In this document: piece after piece, positions 34,380 through 44,976 of the stretch
Position numbering within the stretch: the first letter of the stretch is position 1
How the letters are laid out: each line of letters starts with the position of its first letter
NCBI GenBank assembly: GCA_010405405.1
Contig: MU004232.1
Coordinates: forward strand, 1,941,481 to 2,005,480
DNA: 64,000 bases
DNA from: Microthyrium microscopicum
Taxonomy: Eukaryota
Direction: 5' to 3'
Made by a program: the position numbers and the translations under genes
The notes under the pieces: model-generated
What the model was told of the DNA's origin: nothing
The model's input: only the letters and a program-made list of their open reading frames with translations
The model's database searches: none

Positions 34380-35603
34380 CTAGTCTAAAGTGCCAACAAG
34401 TTCGTCAATCGTTAAGTTTTGGCTCTGTGAGATGAGGTTAGTCAAAGGCTCCCCAGACAATTCTTGCTCAGGGGTACCAGCTTGCTCAGCCATAAGCTTG
34501 ATAATGCTTGAAATATCATCTCGGACTGAGCCGACGAAAGCATAGAACAACTGATGAAAGTTCTCCTTGATCACACCTCTGATCTCATGTTCGTGGCCAA
34601 CAGTGTGAGATCTACAACAGAAGTTTGATAGTACCCACATAGTAGATGCGAGGTGGAAACGGGGCTGACCGTGCCAGAAGTTGGCAGGGTCTAGGCGGCT
34701 ATGGTGGCGATACCACTGACAGTTTTGGCATGTAGGATCCAAAGCAGCAGTGGATTCATAGCTCTCTTTGAAATAGTCAAGACGGGCCATTTCAGCATCA
34801 TGGACTCGATCAAGCTGAACCCATAGATCTTCAGAAATCCAGCTGTCGTAATGAGGATTCGTGGATCCGTCTTGAGGAAGTTGAGGTCCCCTTGCCAACT
34901 CCACGAGGGGAGTCCGTAAGTTGTAGATGAGAACGGTGGCCAACGTAGTGAAGTTGGCGTTATCGTTCAGTGCCCAAGCCGCCGCAACAGACGGCAAGAG
35001 CTCATCGCCTTGGACGTCAGCGAAGAAGAATAAGCCACCAGAAGGTAGTGCTTTGCAGCGGTCACTTCGCCATTGCTTTGTTCTCTTCTCTTCGACAACA
35101 GCGATTTCGCCTAAGAGCAATGAAGTCTGACCACTTTCAGCCAAGGCGTCCATGCATCCATACTTGTCAGCTAGTTGCACCATTTCCCATATGTCTTTGT
35201 GCTTAGCAATGATCGTACCTTGAAAGCTGCGTAATTGTCCCCAGTTATAGTAACCGTGCAACATCTGCATGAGAAGGACTAGAGGGAGAAAGTTATCCCC
35301 CCTACAGTCAACCACTGGGCATTCGGTCATGAGTTGAGGAACTGGGAGTCCTGGACGCACTTCAGCGGCGGATATCTGTATACTCCGACCCCATCTTTCG
35401 CGGTGACCTGCTGATAGAACGTCCCGGAAGTAGCCTGAAGCTCGGTTAAGGACGAATGAGTTGACAAGAAGAAGCTTTTCGGCAGGCATGCGACCATTGT
35501 GATAGTTCACGCCTTCCAGGGCATGATACTCGTCAGTAGCGAGAAGTACATCGCCATTGCCCCAGGGGCTAAGGTCGATGATATGGTCACTGAGGGCAGT
35601 CAT
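34380..35603 (-). CDS. BTB/POZ-domain protein, divergent fungal type
   Basis: IIDLSPWGNGDVLL, LLVNSFVLNRASGYFRDVL, DNFLPLVLLMQMLHG and MVQLADKYGC follow the fungal BTB pattern. First ATG is at 35603. Confidence 0.75.
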   Translation of the reverse strand: MTALSDHIIDLSPWGNGDVLLATDEYHALEGVNYHNGRMPAEKLLLVNSFVLNRASGYFRDVLSAGHRERWGRSIQISAAEVRPGLPVPQLMTECPVVDCRGDNFLPLVLLMQMLHGYYNWGQLRSFQGTIIAKHKDIWEMVQLADKYGCMDALAESGQTSLLLGEIAVVEEKRTKQWRSDRCKALPSGGLFFFADVQGDELLPSVAAAWALNDNANFTTLATVLIYNLRTPLVELARGPQLPQDGSTNPHYDSWISEDLWVQLDRVHDAEMARLDYFKESYESTAALDPTCQNCQWYRHHSRLDPANFWHGQPRFHLASTMWVLSNFCCRSHTVGHEHEIRGVIKENFHQLFYAFVGSVRDDISSIIKLMAEQAGTPEQELSGEPLTNLISQSQNLTIDELVGTLD

Positions 35604-36303
35604 TTTGTAGTGCGCTTGTCTCTTTGGTTTGTGAATTGCTTCGATGTGATGCAAGTTTTGTTCGCAATTGTGTAATACTGTAATACAGTTGTTGGCGAGT
35701 TATTGGACCGAGTCTGATATTCTCAGACAACTCGTCTTTCTTTGAGTTATATGTATCATGATATGGTAAGCGTTTCCAACAAAGCCATAGTTCAACCAAG
35801 GGCCCACAATATCTTTGTGAATATCGCTCCAAAGTCCGTCAAAGACCTTAACAAGCCCGACAAAGCCGAGCGCTGGATTTTCCCAAAGATATTGTGCTCG
35901 CCTTGTTCTCAAGCGATTTTCAGACACTTTGAAAGAGAACATATTTGGGATATAGCCTCGGAGAGGACGACAAAGGCTACCACCCATTCTGTATTGAGTA
36001 TCGACTGACCCAGTCGACCTCCATCTCCCAAAATTTGACCAGTGAAAAGTCCACCTCTCTTGATGTAGTGTATCTGATGTTATTGTGCTGTCTACAGAGG
36101 ACTGGTCTCACAGATGATGAAGTTTGAGCATTGTACAGCAAGCAGAAAGAAGAGATGAAGTTGGAGAGAGGTCATGAAAAGGAAGTCGCGCCACTCGACT
36201 TTTCCCGCCCCTAGTCCCCTACCCTACCAACGCGCCCATCACTGCAAGCAACATCATCGTCATGTCATCGGCATATTAAGACTTCATCAGGTGGAGATTG
36301 AAA

Positions 36304-36909
36304 ATGGTTCGAATCAAGCACCGCTATCTGCTGATAAATATTCTCTACCCCGGCGACAGCAACCTCAACCAAAAACCCCACGAACCAGAGCTTCCAAATG
36401 TCGTGCAATTCCACCAACCATGTCCTTTCAGCTTCAAAGCCCAAGACCTTCGCCGACTAATCATGGCCTCTATAAGCGAGAATTTTGGAGAGTACGGGAG
36501 TGCTGCAACAAATCCGAGCCTACAAGGTGCGTTAATGAACGAGCTCTCTTTTGCTCCCTTTCTAATGTTTGTCTATGTAGTCAAATACTTTTCGCAAGCC
36601 ACATCGACTGCTATCGTGCGCGTGCACAGAGAGCACTTTCGGCTTGTCTGGGCAGCAGTCACAATGATCACCAAACTGCCAAAATCATTTGACACTCCTT
36701 GTGTCCTGCAAGTTGTGCGTGTATCCGGAACAATCAAAAAGGCCGAAGAGGAGGCAATTAGACGTGCGCGCGAGACATTGAGGCGTGCAACCAGCGAGGC
36801 GGGTAATGTCTCAGCTCTAGATCGTTTGATGGCAACTTCTGGTGCCGAGAACGACATTCTCGATGACGATGAAGAAGACCAAGAAGAAGGTTCTGATGAA
36901 TACACTTGA
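36304..36909 (+). CDS. POP5: RNase P/MRP subunit Pop5 (Rpp14/Pop5 family)
   Basis: MVRIKHRYLLINILYP, VKYFSQATSTAIVR and VVRVSGTIKKAEEEAIRRA. One 54-nt intron at 36527-36580. Confidence 0.95.
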   Translation: MVRIKHRYLLINILYPGDSNLNQKPHEPELPNVVQFHQPCPFSFKAQDLRRLIMASISENFGEYGSAATNPSLQGALMNELSFAPFLMFVYVVKYFSQATSTAIVRVHREHFRLVWAAVTMITKLPKSFDTPCVLQVVRVSGTIKKAEEEAIRRARETLRRATSEAGNVSALDRLMATSGAENDILDDDEEDQEEGSDEYT

Positions 36910-37220
36910 AAGAATGTGTTCTGCAGCTGGTTTGCTGTCTCGGTCTCACGAACAATGAAGTGCACAAAACATTTGGGAGCCAAGCTTTGCAATGCTACGG
37001 GTTCCTGCATGATCAAACATTTCATCTCTAAAGCGGGCTTTCATATGGATCCTCTAATCATCAGATCCGGAACAAAGGCAAATGAACCAGAGGATACTTG
37101 AAATCGCATACAAATACCACACACTTGCTCTAGAAAGAGATCGGGTTCTAATCAACAGCAACTGGATCCAGAGTCATTGTGTTGAGCGGTTACCATCAAA
37201 TATACCAGCTTCACTATACC

Positions 37221-38054
37221 ATGCCGCCAAAGTTCCCATATCCAGAGGATCCCTTCAATGGCCAGAAGCCCCCCTGGCTTGACCCCCAGTCCGGCCCTTG
37301 GCCAGCATTCTTCTGGCCTCCCGCTCCACTACGAGCTCCCGTTCCATTTCCAATTGCATATCCTGCTATAGTCCCATATTCTGGCCCTATGTGGCATCCG
37401 TCCGCTGCAATGATGGACAGTAAGTCGACCATGAAACTCAAAGGTCGCGCAAAACAACAACTCGAATCCCACGAGCAAGAAGAAGACAGTGAGACAGAGC
37501 ACTATGACAAGACACCCTCCAGACAAAGACACCACACCGAAGCCCGATTCAAGGTGGATTCATCCCGCTTTCATATGCGCCAGTCCGTCGTCACAGACAT
37601 TCAAGAAATTCCTTCTTCTCCCCAAAGTCCACCACGCACTCACACCAAAATGCTCGCTAGCTGGAATGACCTCAAACATGCACTCACCACTCGAAATTCA
37701 TTTGGAAACCCGTACAGCCAGTTCGATGAGTACTCCAAGACCGTCCTCATCATCGGACTCTGCTGGTTACACGACCAGGCGACACTGCTTTCAGCGGAGC
37801 ATTCCAGTACGGCTCATGTCTACCGACAGATGAAGGACCACTGCGAGGGCACTTGGGCACGATACGAGAGAGACCTGCCGGCCATATTTGGCGAGTGTCC
37901 GTTGGGAGAGCGAAGACAGGTGCACGATGATTGGGAGGGAATGAGTGCCAGTGACCTGCGACTGAGACTGGCTGAGACTTCGAGGAAGTTGGTACAAGAT
38001 AAAAAGTATTGTCGCGGAGGTGGAGAGTATCCATATCTTGGCTGGGTTAGCTGA
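37221..38054 (+). CDS. Hypothetical protein with Pro/Trp-rich N-terminus
   Basis: 277-aa intronless ORF from ATG 37221, in a gene-sized gap between POP5 and BUB3. No recognised domain. Confidence 0.55.
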   Translation: MPPKFPYPEDPFNGQKPPWLDPQSGPWPAFFWPPAPLRAPVPFPIAYPAIVPYSGPMWHPSAAMMDSKSTMKLKGRAKQQLESHEQEEDSETEHYDKTPSRQRHHTEARFKVDSSRFHMRQSVVTDIQEIPSSPQSPPRTHTKMLASWNDLKHALTTRNSFGNPYSQFDEYSKTVLIIGLCWLHDQATLLSAEHSSTAHVYRQMKDHCEGTWARYERDLPAIFGECPLGERRQVHDDWEGMSASDLRLRLAETSRKLVQDKKYCRGGGEYPYLGWVS

Positions 38055-38276
38055 CATCATTGATGATATATGGAGTGCAACAAGGATGGGAGCACGATCT
38101 GGATCGCGGATTATTGTAGTATTATACTGTGGATAATATTTCTGGAGGCTGGTTGGTCATTTATACATTCAAGCTTGGCCTTGGTCATACTTGAAGCTAG
38201 AATTGTTCACGATTGGCTGCTTGGTCCTCGCAAAGACATTGCTAGCTTAGACTCATCAAAATTATATCATTCATCA

Positions 38277-39363
38277 TTATTTCGCGCCTTTGCCCTTGGT
38301 CTCGTTCTCTGACAACTCTCTTATGGCTACGCCCACTGGGCCCGCCATGTCTTCCTTTCCATCTTCAAATCCAGGGCTGTATGCCACTGCCAGATACCGC
38401 CCATTAGGCGAAAATGCTAGTGCTGCAATACTGCTCGGAAACTTCTGATATTGCCGTATACGTCTCTTTGTCGCTCCATCCCACAACGCCACATGTCCGT
38501 CTCCACCTCCACTCGCAAATGTCGCCTTGTGGACTGAATGATATGCCAACGCATTAACAGGGTAAACCACATCGATGCCGTCAACTGTTTCGCGATGGCA
38601 CTTGAACGCATATTTCTTCGCTTGCGCCTCATCACTTGGGTCGAACCACTCAACAGACACACGCCCCTCAATGCTACTAGACGCATAGCCCAGCTCCGAC
38701 GGCATGCACGCGATCGCGCGCGTCATGAACTTCATTGATGATTCCCGTCTCTGCAATGGCTCAACAGTCTGCGGCGTGCCCGCATTATGCTGCATAGCCA
38801 ACTTCTCTAGTGGTTTCAAGTCGTAGATATCCACCAGCCGATTCGCCATACCCACCACCAGTTTATCAGAAGTCACCGAGATGGAGAATGGCTTTGCGGG
38901 TAGTTGTATGACAGCAGGAGGCTGACCAGGTTTTGAAAGCGCATGCACATGTAGCTGGCCATCCCAAGAAGCTGATACGAGCAAGTCGGTCTTGGCAGAG
39001 TAGGCGACGCAGTTTGCGCCAGCTTTGTGTGTACTCAGTACGGTATCTTCGCCAGTTTCGAGGTTGATGCGCCTTACTGTCCAGTCGAGGCTGGCGGTGT
39101 AGGCGTGGCTCTCGTCATCGCCAAAGCAGACATCTAGGACGGGCGCAGAGAGGGAGTATTTTCGAACGAGTTGTTCGGCGGCTGGGGCGCGCACGTCGTA
39201 GAGGTAGACGTTCTTATCCCAGGAGGAGACGAGGAGACGGGAGGAGTTGGGTGCGAATCTTATGGCGGAGATGACATCTGAAGGAGGAGGGGAGAGCTCA
39301 TATTGGGCTTCGTATGTTAGTGTTTAGCGTAATTTCAGGAATTGAGGACGCACCGGAGCTCAT
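38277..39363 (-). CDS. BUB3: Spindle checkpoint WD40 protein Bub3
   Basis: Micro-exon MSS, then AQYELSPPPSDVISAIRF...LLVSSWD; QRRESSMKFMTRA, YASSSIEGRVSVEWFD, KYAFKCHR, VYPVNAL, TFASGGGDG. Confidence 0.95.
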
Positions 39364-39882
39364 GGCGAAAGCTGTGATATCTCTGCTTGTATATTGGGGT
39401 GGGTAAAGTGCCTTGCGCACCAAGTCAATCAGGCTTTGGAGTTGTCTGGAGTTGTAAACACCAGAGAAACTTCGAAAGCTCAAAGCTCAAGATCCTGGTC
39501 AAGAACCCCTGCAGCTAGCGATCGGAGCTGGAATATGTTAGTACCGGGCGCGGCTATTGTGGCCGCGCGTCTAATTACTCGACTTCCATTTTCCCACTAA
39601 CAAATCTTTTGACGGAAAACCTTTCCCAACGCAGCACTTTGAGCCTCATCAACACTCTGTTCCTGATCCACAGGAAAAGCTCCATGCTTGTTCAACCCAT
39701 GCTAAAGAGCCAGCGCGTCTCTTTACGCCAATTGGGCTCCGTTCCAATGCTGATCAACCGCTGAAGCTTCCATTCAACCACGCGGCTACCCTCGGCTGTC
39801 GTTCTTGTTTAACTTCACTAATGCTTTGCATTCTGTGAGATGTTTACTCTCTATCCGATTCCAAGAGAAAGTACTTGAAATC

Positions 39883-41138
39883 ATGAGTATCACCGCTCTA
39901 CGACCAACCATGAGGGCCAGTCGGGCTACAATCCGTGGAGTTGCTCTACGTCGCACCTTTTCCAGTACTACCCATAATCAAGCATCATGGGGTTTTATAG
40001 GACTTGGTCAGATGGGTAAGAAGCAAATGCGCATTGAGGTTTTACATTCGAATTGACTCGAGATAGGATACAACATGGCCAAGAACCTTCGCCAGAAGAT
40101 TCCTAAGGAGGACACACTCTACATCCAGGATGTCAACTCTGCTGCAACTGCAAAGTTTGTCACCGAGTTTCCAGGCGCCGATATCATTGTCTCAAAGACT
40201 GCCAGAGAAGTTGCCGAAAATGCAGTAAGTTTCCTTTGAGCCTTCTCGCATATTTTATGATGAAACCCTTACTTTTCCGACAATTATGATAAGTTGGGGC
40301 TGCTTGCAGCTTCCTATGATATCAAAATATATAGCCAATCCTCTGATCTTTTCTATTACACGCTGCTTTCCATTGCCCTAGTTGTAAACACATGCTAACG
40401 CTTTGAAAGGAAACCATTGTATCAGCACTTCCAAATCCACCTCTGGTTAAGTCTGTTTACGAATCAATTCTCAGCCCCGGAGCGCTACCAAAATTCCAAA
40501 ATGAGAGACTTTTTATCGATACCTCAACCATTGATCCTACCACCAGCATTTCAGTCGCAGAGACCATAAGCCAAAAAGGCGAAGGATCTTTTATCGACGC
40601 ACCAATGTCTGGCGGTGTGGTTGGTGCTTCAGCTGGAACTCTTAGCTTTATGTTAGGCTGTCCAGATACACTTGTACCACGTGCTACTAAAGTGCTCTCT
40701 CTTATGGGCCGGAAAGTCATTCATATGGGACCTCCAGGATCCGGACTAAAAGCTAAACTCGCCAACAACTATCTCCTAGCACTAAACAACATTGCTGCAT
40801 CAGAGGCCATGCACATGGGTATTGCTTGGGGCTTGAAGCCGGCTGACCTTGCTGGTCTCATCAACATAAGTACAGGCAAGTGCTGGCCTTCAGAAGTCAA
40901 TAATCCTGTGCCAGGTGTGGTGGCAACGTCTCCAGCAAGCCGGAATTACGATGGTGGTTTTGGGGTAGCACTTATGAACAAGGATCTTAAGCTCGCTCTC
41001 AAGGCATGTGCCGACGCCAATGTCAGCACCGCATTGGGTGACAAGGCTGCCGAAGTGTATAGTGCGGTGGAGGGAGATGCTGAACTCAAGAGCAAGGACT
41101 TTTCAGTTGTGTATCGATGGCTGGGAGGCAAGGAATAG
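39883..41138 (+). CDS. 3-hydroxyisobutyrate dehydrogenase, mitochondrial
   Basis: Arg-rich presequence, GFIGLGQMG, FIDTSTID, FIDAPMSGGVVGA, KLANN and YDGGFGVALMNKDL. Two introns, the second at 40225-40409. Confidence 0.95.
40252..40351 (+). ncRNA. Intronic box C/D snoRNA in the second intron of the 3-hydroxyisobutyrate dehydrogenase gene
   Basis: Box C ATGATGA at 40257-40263 and box D CTGA at 40343-40346, with guide AGCCAATCCT directly 5' of box D and an internal hairpin GGGGCTGC-TT-GCAGCTTC. The host intron is 185 nt versus about 50 nt for most others here. Confidence 0.75.
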
Positions 41139-41474
41139 GTAAATAAAATAAAAAAGCATTGCCATGTTTTGAACTTTCGCTCCATTGCATCTATTCATTC
41201 ACTCTTGCTAAATTCCGAGTAGGGTCTCTGACCTAAAATGTATCATGCCACTTCAGAATACAAGATCCTACCGCTTGCTACAGCGTCCTACATGGGAGAC
41301 GTTATAGAGTGTGACGAAAATGCTAGCACATATGCTTGTGTTTTTGCTTCCCCACAAGTGTAATGTTCCACATACAAGAAGTCTATATAAAGGACACTGT
41401 TGACTGCTATCAAAGGGCCAACCTCGCTCCAATCCATCACTGAAGATTCAACAACACTCAAATTCGCACCCGAC

Positions 41475-41987
41475 ATGATGATTAAAGTCATTCCAATCCT
41501 CGTTCTCTTGTCGACCGCATATGCGATCCCTAGGGCAGATCCAGTGCCAGTACCTGCCGAGGAATACCAATGTAATCAGATGTGTCGATTTGGGTAAGAC
41601 CTTTCTATTCAACAATCTCTTCCGATTGAAGTCCTGACTGGAGCGTCTTACTTTGTTTATGTCACATCTCCTTATCTTAGTCATGGCGAGACCGTTCAAA
41701 TATAGATTTCCATCGCCGCGTGCTAGCTGTCATCAATGGCGTCCATATCTCTCATCAGCAATCTCTCACTAACATCTTTTCCAGAATTCAAGCCTGCCTT
41801 GGGGTGAGGAGCATATCGTCCTTGGTTTGCTAATGTCGAATCGCTGACTATTACAGCAACCAAAAGCTGCAGATCTCCTGGAATGTATGCGGGTGACTTG
41901 TAAAGGCTTTGTTAGTTTTCATCTTCTTCCCATCCGTACATTGACTTACTCTACAAGCCTTGCTATGGTTGCTGTTCCAGTACTTAG
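41475..41987 (+). CDS. Secreted 8-Cys peptide precursor, 73 aa, 4 exons
   Basis: Exons 41475-41593, 41785-41803, 41857-41910 and 41958-41987 join in phase: MMIKVIPILVLLSTAYAIPRADPVPVPAEEYQCNQMCRFGIQACLGQPKAADLLECMRVTCKGFPCYGCCSST*. TATA-like TATATAAA near 41384. Confidence 0.75.
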
Positions 41988-42403
41988 TTCGAGTACTTAA
42001 AATAGCAATAGCAATATCAAATTGAAGCTCTTGACCAATTCAACTTCATTTCTCAGCGATAGTACCTTAGTGTTGCCTCAGTGACTGATTGCTCTAGTCG
42101 CCACTGCCTACTTCCCCAACACCTGCTCAACACCATGCCTATCTCGATGCTAGCGTGGCATATGTCACTTGATGTTGCCTCCTTGGTGCCTTCGTTCTTT
42201 CCCTCGACAGCTCTTTAGTTACTGCGCGTGCTGTCACTGCCTGAGTCTAAGCTTGCTCGAACATTCTCTGCTGCTATTTAAGCTTCTACCGTTTCATCCT
42301 CTTCTTCCTTTCCTCACCATACCTTTTCGCCTACATTTACACCATTAACCCTTCATCTAAACTCACAACACTTACTCAAAACCACTCGACACCATCATCC
42401 ACG

Positions 42404-44419
42404 ATGATGCTTCTCAAGGGTAAGTCATTTGATATTGCGCAACAGCGCCAGTGTAGTTGAGCTTTGGATTTCTGACACTTTCTAGGCCTTGCTCTTGCTG
42501 CTGCTCTGCTTCCAGCAGTCCTTGCCTCGCCTACTGGCGCCGATATCAAGGCGACCACCGATGGAGCTGTGGAAGGTCAAATCTGGCCTCCACCCGTCTG
42601 GAAAAAGTCGACCGCTGACACTGCCGATATCCCTCACTACTGGCCTCCAATCGTTGCAAAAGACCTCCAAGGATTGAACCCTCCACCCTCATGGTGCTTG
42701 GATACCTTCCATCACTGTACCTGTGTATGCTCTTTTCAAATCTCATCTTGAAAAACAAAAAAAGCATTAAGCTAACCTATGTTAAATAGGTCACTCACGG
42801 CAACTTGGGTTATTGCGGTGTTCACTTCTGTCAATCCGATCATGCAAGTCTTTCCCTCCTGCTTTTGATATCACATCTAACATCTGGTAGGGCTTCAAGT
42901 GTGCTGACTCTTGCGACGTTCTGCACGATCAAGGCCCACTGTGTCTTCCTGGCCCTCTTTCGACTCCCAATGATCCTTCTGATGTCTTCTTGACTTCTCC
43001 GCCTCCCGGTACAATCATACCGGTCGTCTCTACTCGTGACCTCAAAGCTACGGAACAGGAATCTGCTTGCTCCAGCACCTGTTATAGCTTGATTGATGAA
43101 TGCACTGCGGTAAGTTGTATTCTCGGCGTTTTAGGTTCATACTTAACCATGGATTTAGGAATACCACGATGCCAACTGCGCCGCACAAGTTTGTGTCAAC
43201 GAGCTTGTAAGTCTCCAATGTGCAGCAATGTCTTGTTCAGCTACGCCCCATGGTGCCAATGCTTGATATGACTATGCAGATGACAATTGACTAGCTCGCT
43301 AACATATGATTAGGCCTGTATCGATTGCTGCACCACCAAGAAGCGTTCTGTTGAAGAGATTGCTCCAGTCAAGGCCGCGGAGGGCGACTGCGATCAATGC
43401 GCCAAGAACATCAATGACTGTATCGCCGTAAGAACATCCCGACCTTGAAGGTTTTGTTAAGAGACTGACATTATGTTTAGCGCGGCGGTGAGGGCGCCAT
43501 GTGTGCTGATAGCAATTGCGGCTCTCCTCTAGTAAGTCGTACTCGATCTCCCCCCAGCTCCAGCAGCTTCTTTTGCCGCCATTACAAACTTGACTGCCAT
43601 TATTGGGACTAACGTTAGCATAGTGTGGTAGCTGCTGTAATGCATCAAAGCGTTCCGAGGTCATCTCTTTTCCGGTCGTTCCCGCTGAGAAATCGGCTGA
43701 AGCTGACTGCAACAACTGTCGATATGCACTTGCCTACTGCGACTTGGCTCCTCAGAACCAGGACAAGCCCGGTTGCATCCAGAGCACTTGCAACAACGTT
43801 GACTGGTGCGGAAATGGACAGTCATGCTGTCATTCACTCGGTGTTACCAAGCGTTCTGGTATCGAGGCTAATGTGACTGAGCCTTCCCCGGTCACGCTTC
43901 CTCCTAAGTGTGACAAATGTGTTGACGAAATCGAAAAATGCATGAAGGTATGTATTGCTCAGAAGCTCGGGGAAATTGGGCGACGTATTTGAGGCTAATT
44001 TTGGCACAGGAACTCAATAGTAACGAATGTGCTCCCTTCCTTTGTGACAACTCATCAGACGTAAGGCCTTCCTCCCTTTTGTTGCAGAAGCTGGCAACTA
44101 ACATTCAAAAGTGCGAAGGCTGTTGCGACGCACCACCGGTCGTCACCCGAGCTGTAGCCCAATCTGAAGACGATGGATTTGATTGCACCAACTGCTATTC
44201 AGTTGTCAATGGTTGCGTTCAGGTACGATCTTTCTCATATCACCACAAAGCTCCCAATTAACCTGCTTTAGTCTGGAAACTCTTTGAGTTACTGCTCCGG
44301 CGCTGTGTGCTCAGACACCGCTGTAAGTAAAACCCCTACTTGCAGAAGCATAACACTGACTTCATTAGCTCTGCGGATATCCTGGTGCATGCACCGCTAT
44401 GTGTTTGCCGACTGTCTAA
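42404..44419 (+). CDS. Secreted repeat polyprotein (~442 aa, 12 exons) with six 8-Cys domains separated by Kex2-type sites
   Basis: Exons 42404-42419, 42486-42724, 42790-42843, 42891-43109, 43159-43206, 43314-43427, 43481-43531, 43624-43947, 44010-44060, 44112-44222, 44272-44322 and 44369-44419 splice into one stop-free frame (1329 nt). Signal peptide MMLLKGLALAAALLPAVLA; 48 Cys. Confidence 0.85.
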
Positions 44420-44976
44420 GTAAGCGCTCTTTCAGTGCCGAAATCTTGTTGAAGTGGACTAACGATCCCTCAAGAAGTCGATCTTTTTGCGTCTCATCTA
44501 CGGCAAACATTATCGACTATGTGATTGCTTCGAATAGAACAGATGACAATGACCAGCCTTCTTGTTAGTCTGAGTGCGGTGGAAAGGACGAATGTTAGAT
44601 ATGACTACTCAATACATGTTGTTATAGTCATGATTGGATGGTTCCGATAAAACAATGAACCAGTTGATTTGACTTAATTTTCCAAACTTGTGATTGAACT
44701 CCGTGTTGTGTTTCCATTATAAGTGAACAGAATGGCAAAGAAAATGCCACGCTCTCATCAACGGCGATGCCTCAGACCGAGGTCGCTAAACACAAGGTGT
44801 TGTACTTCCCGACACCTTCGATAAGTTATTTGGGAATCAGAGTACTTGATAATAGATCGCGGTGGGTGGTTAATATGTAAGTGCCTGCAAGCATGTCATG
44901 AAATAGTGTCGGAGCGTATTGACATCTCTGTACAGCTTTGTGGCTTCCCGGCTTGACATTGTAGAAGCCAGATTGA

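Noticed and set aside
36527..36580. In-frame insertion in Pop5 as a novel domain
   Set aside because: Bounded by GT...CTAAT...TAG; it is an ordinary 54-nt intron that lacks a stop.
41475..44419. 8-Cys proteins as hydrophobins or CFEM proteins
   Set aside because: Hydrophobins have C-CC-C-C-CC-C with two internal CC pairs; here the single CC is terminal, and the CFEM spacing does not fit.
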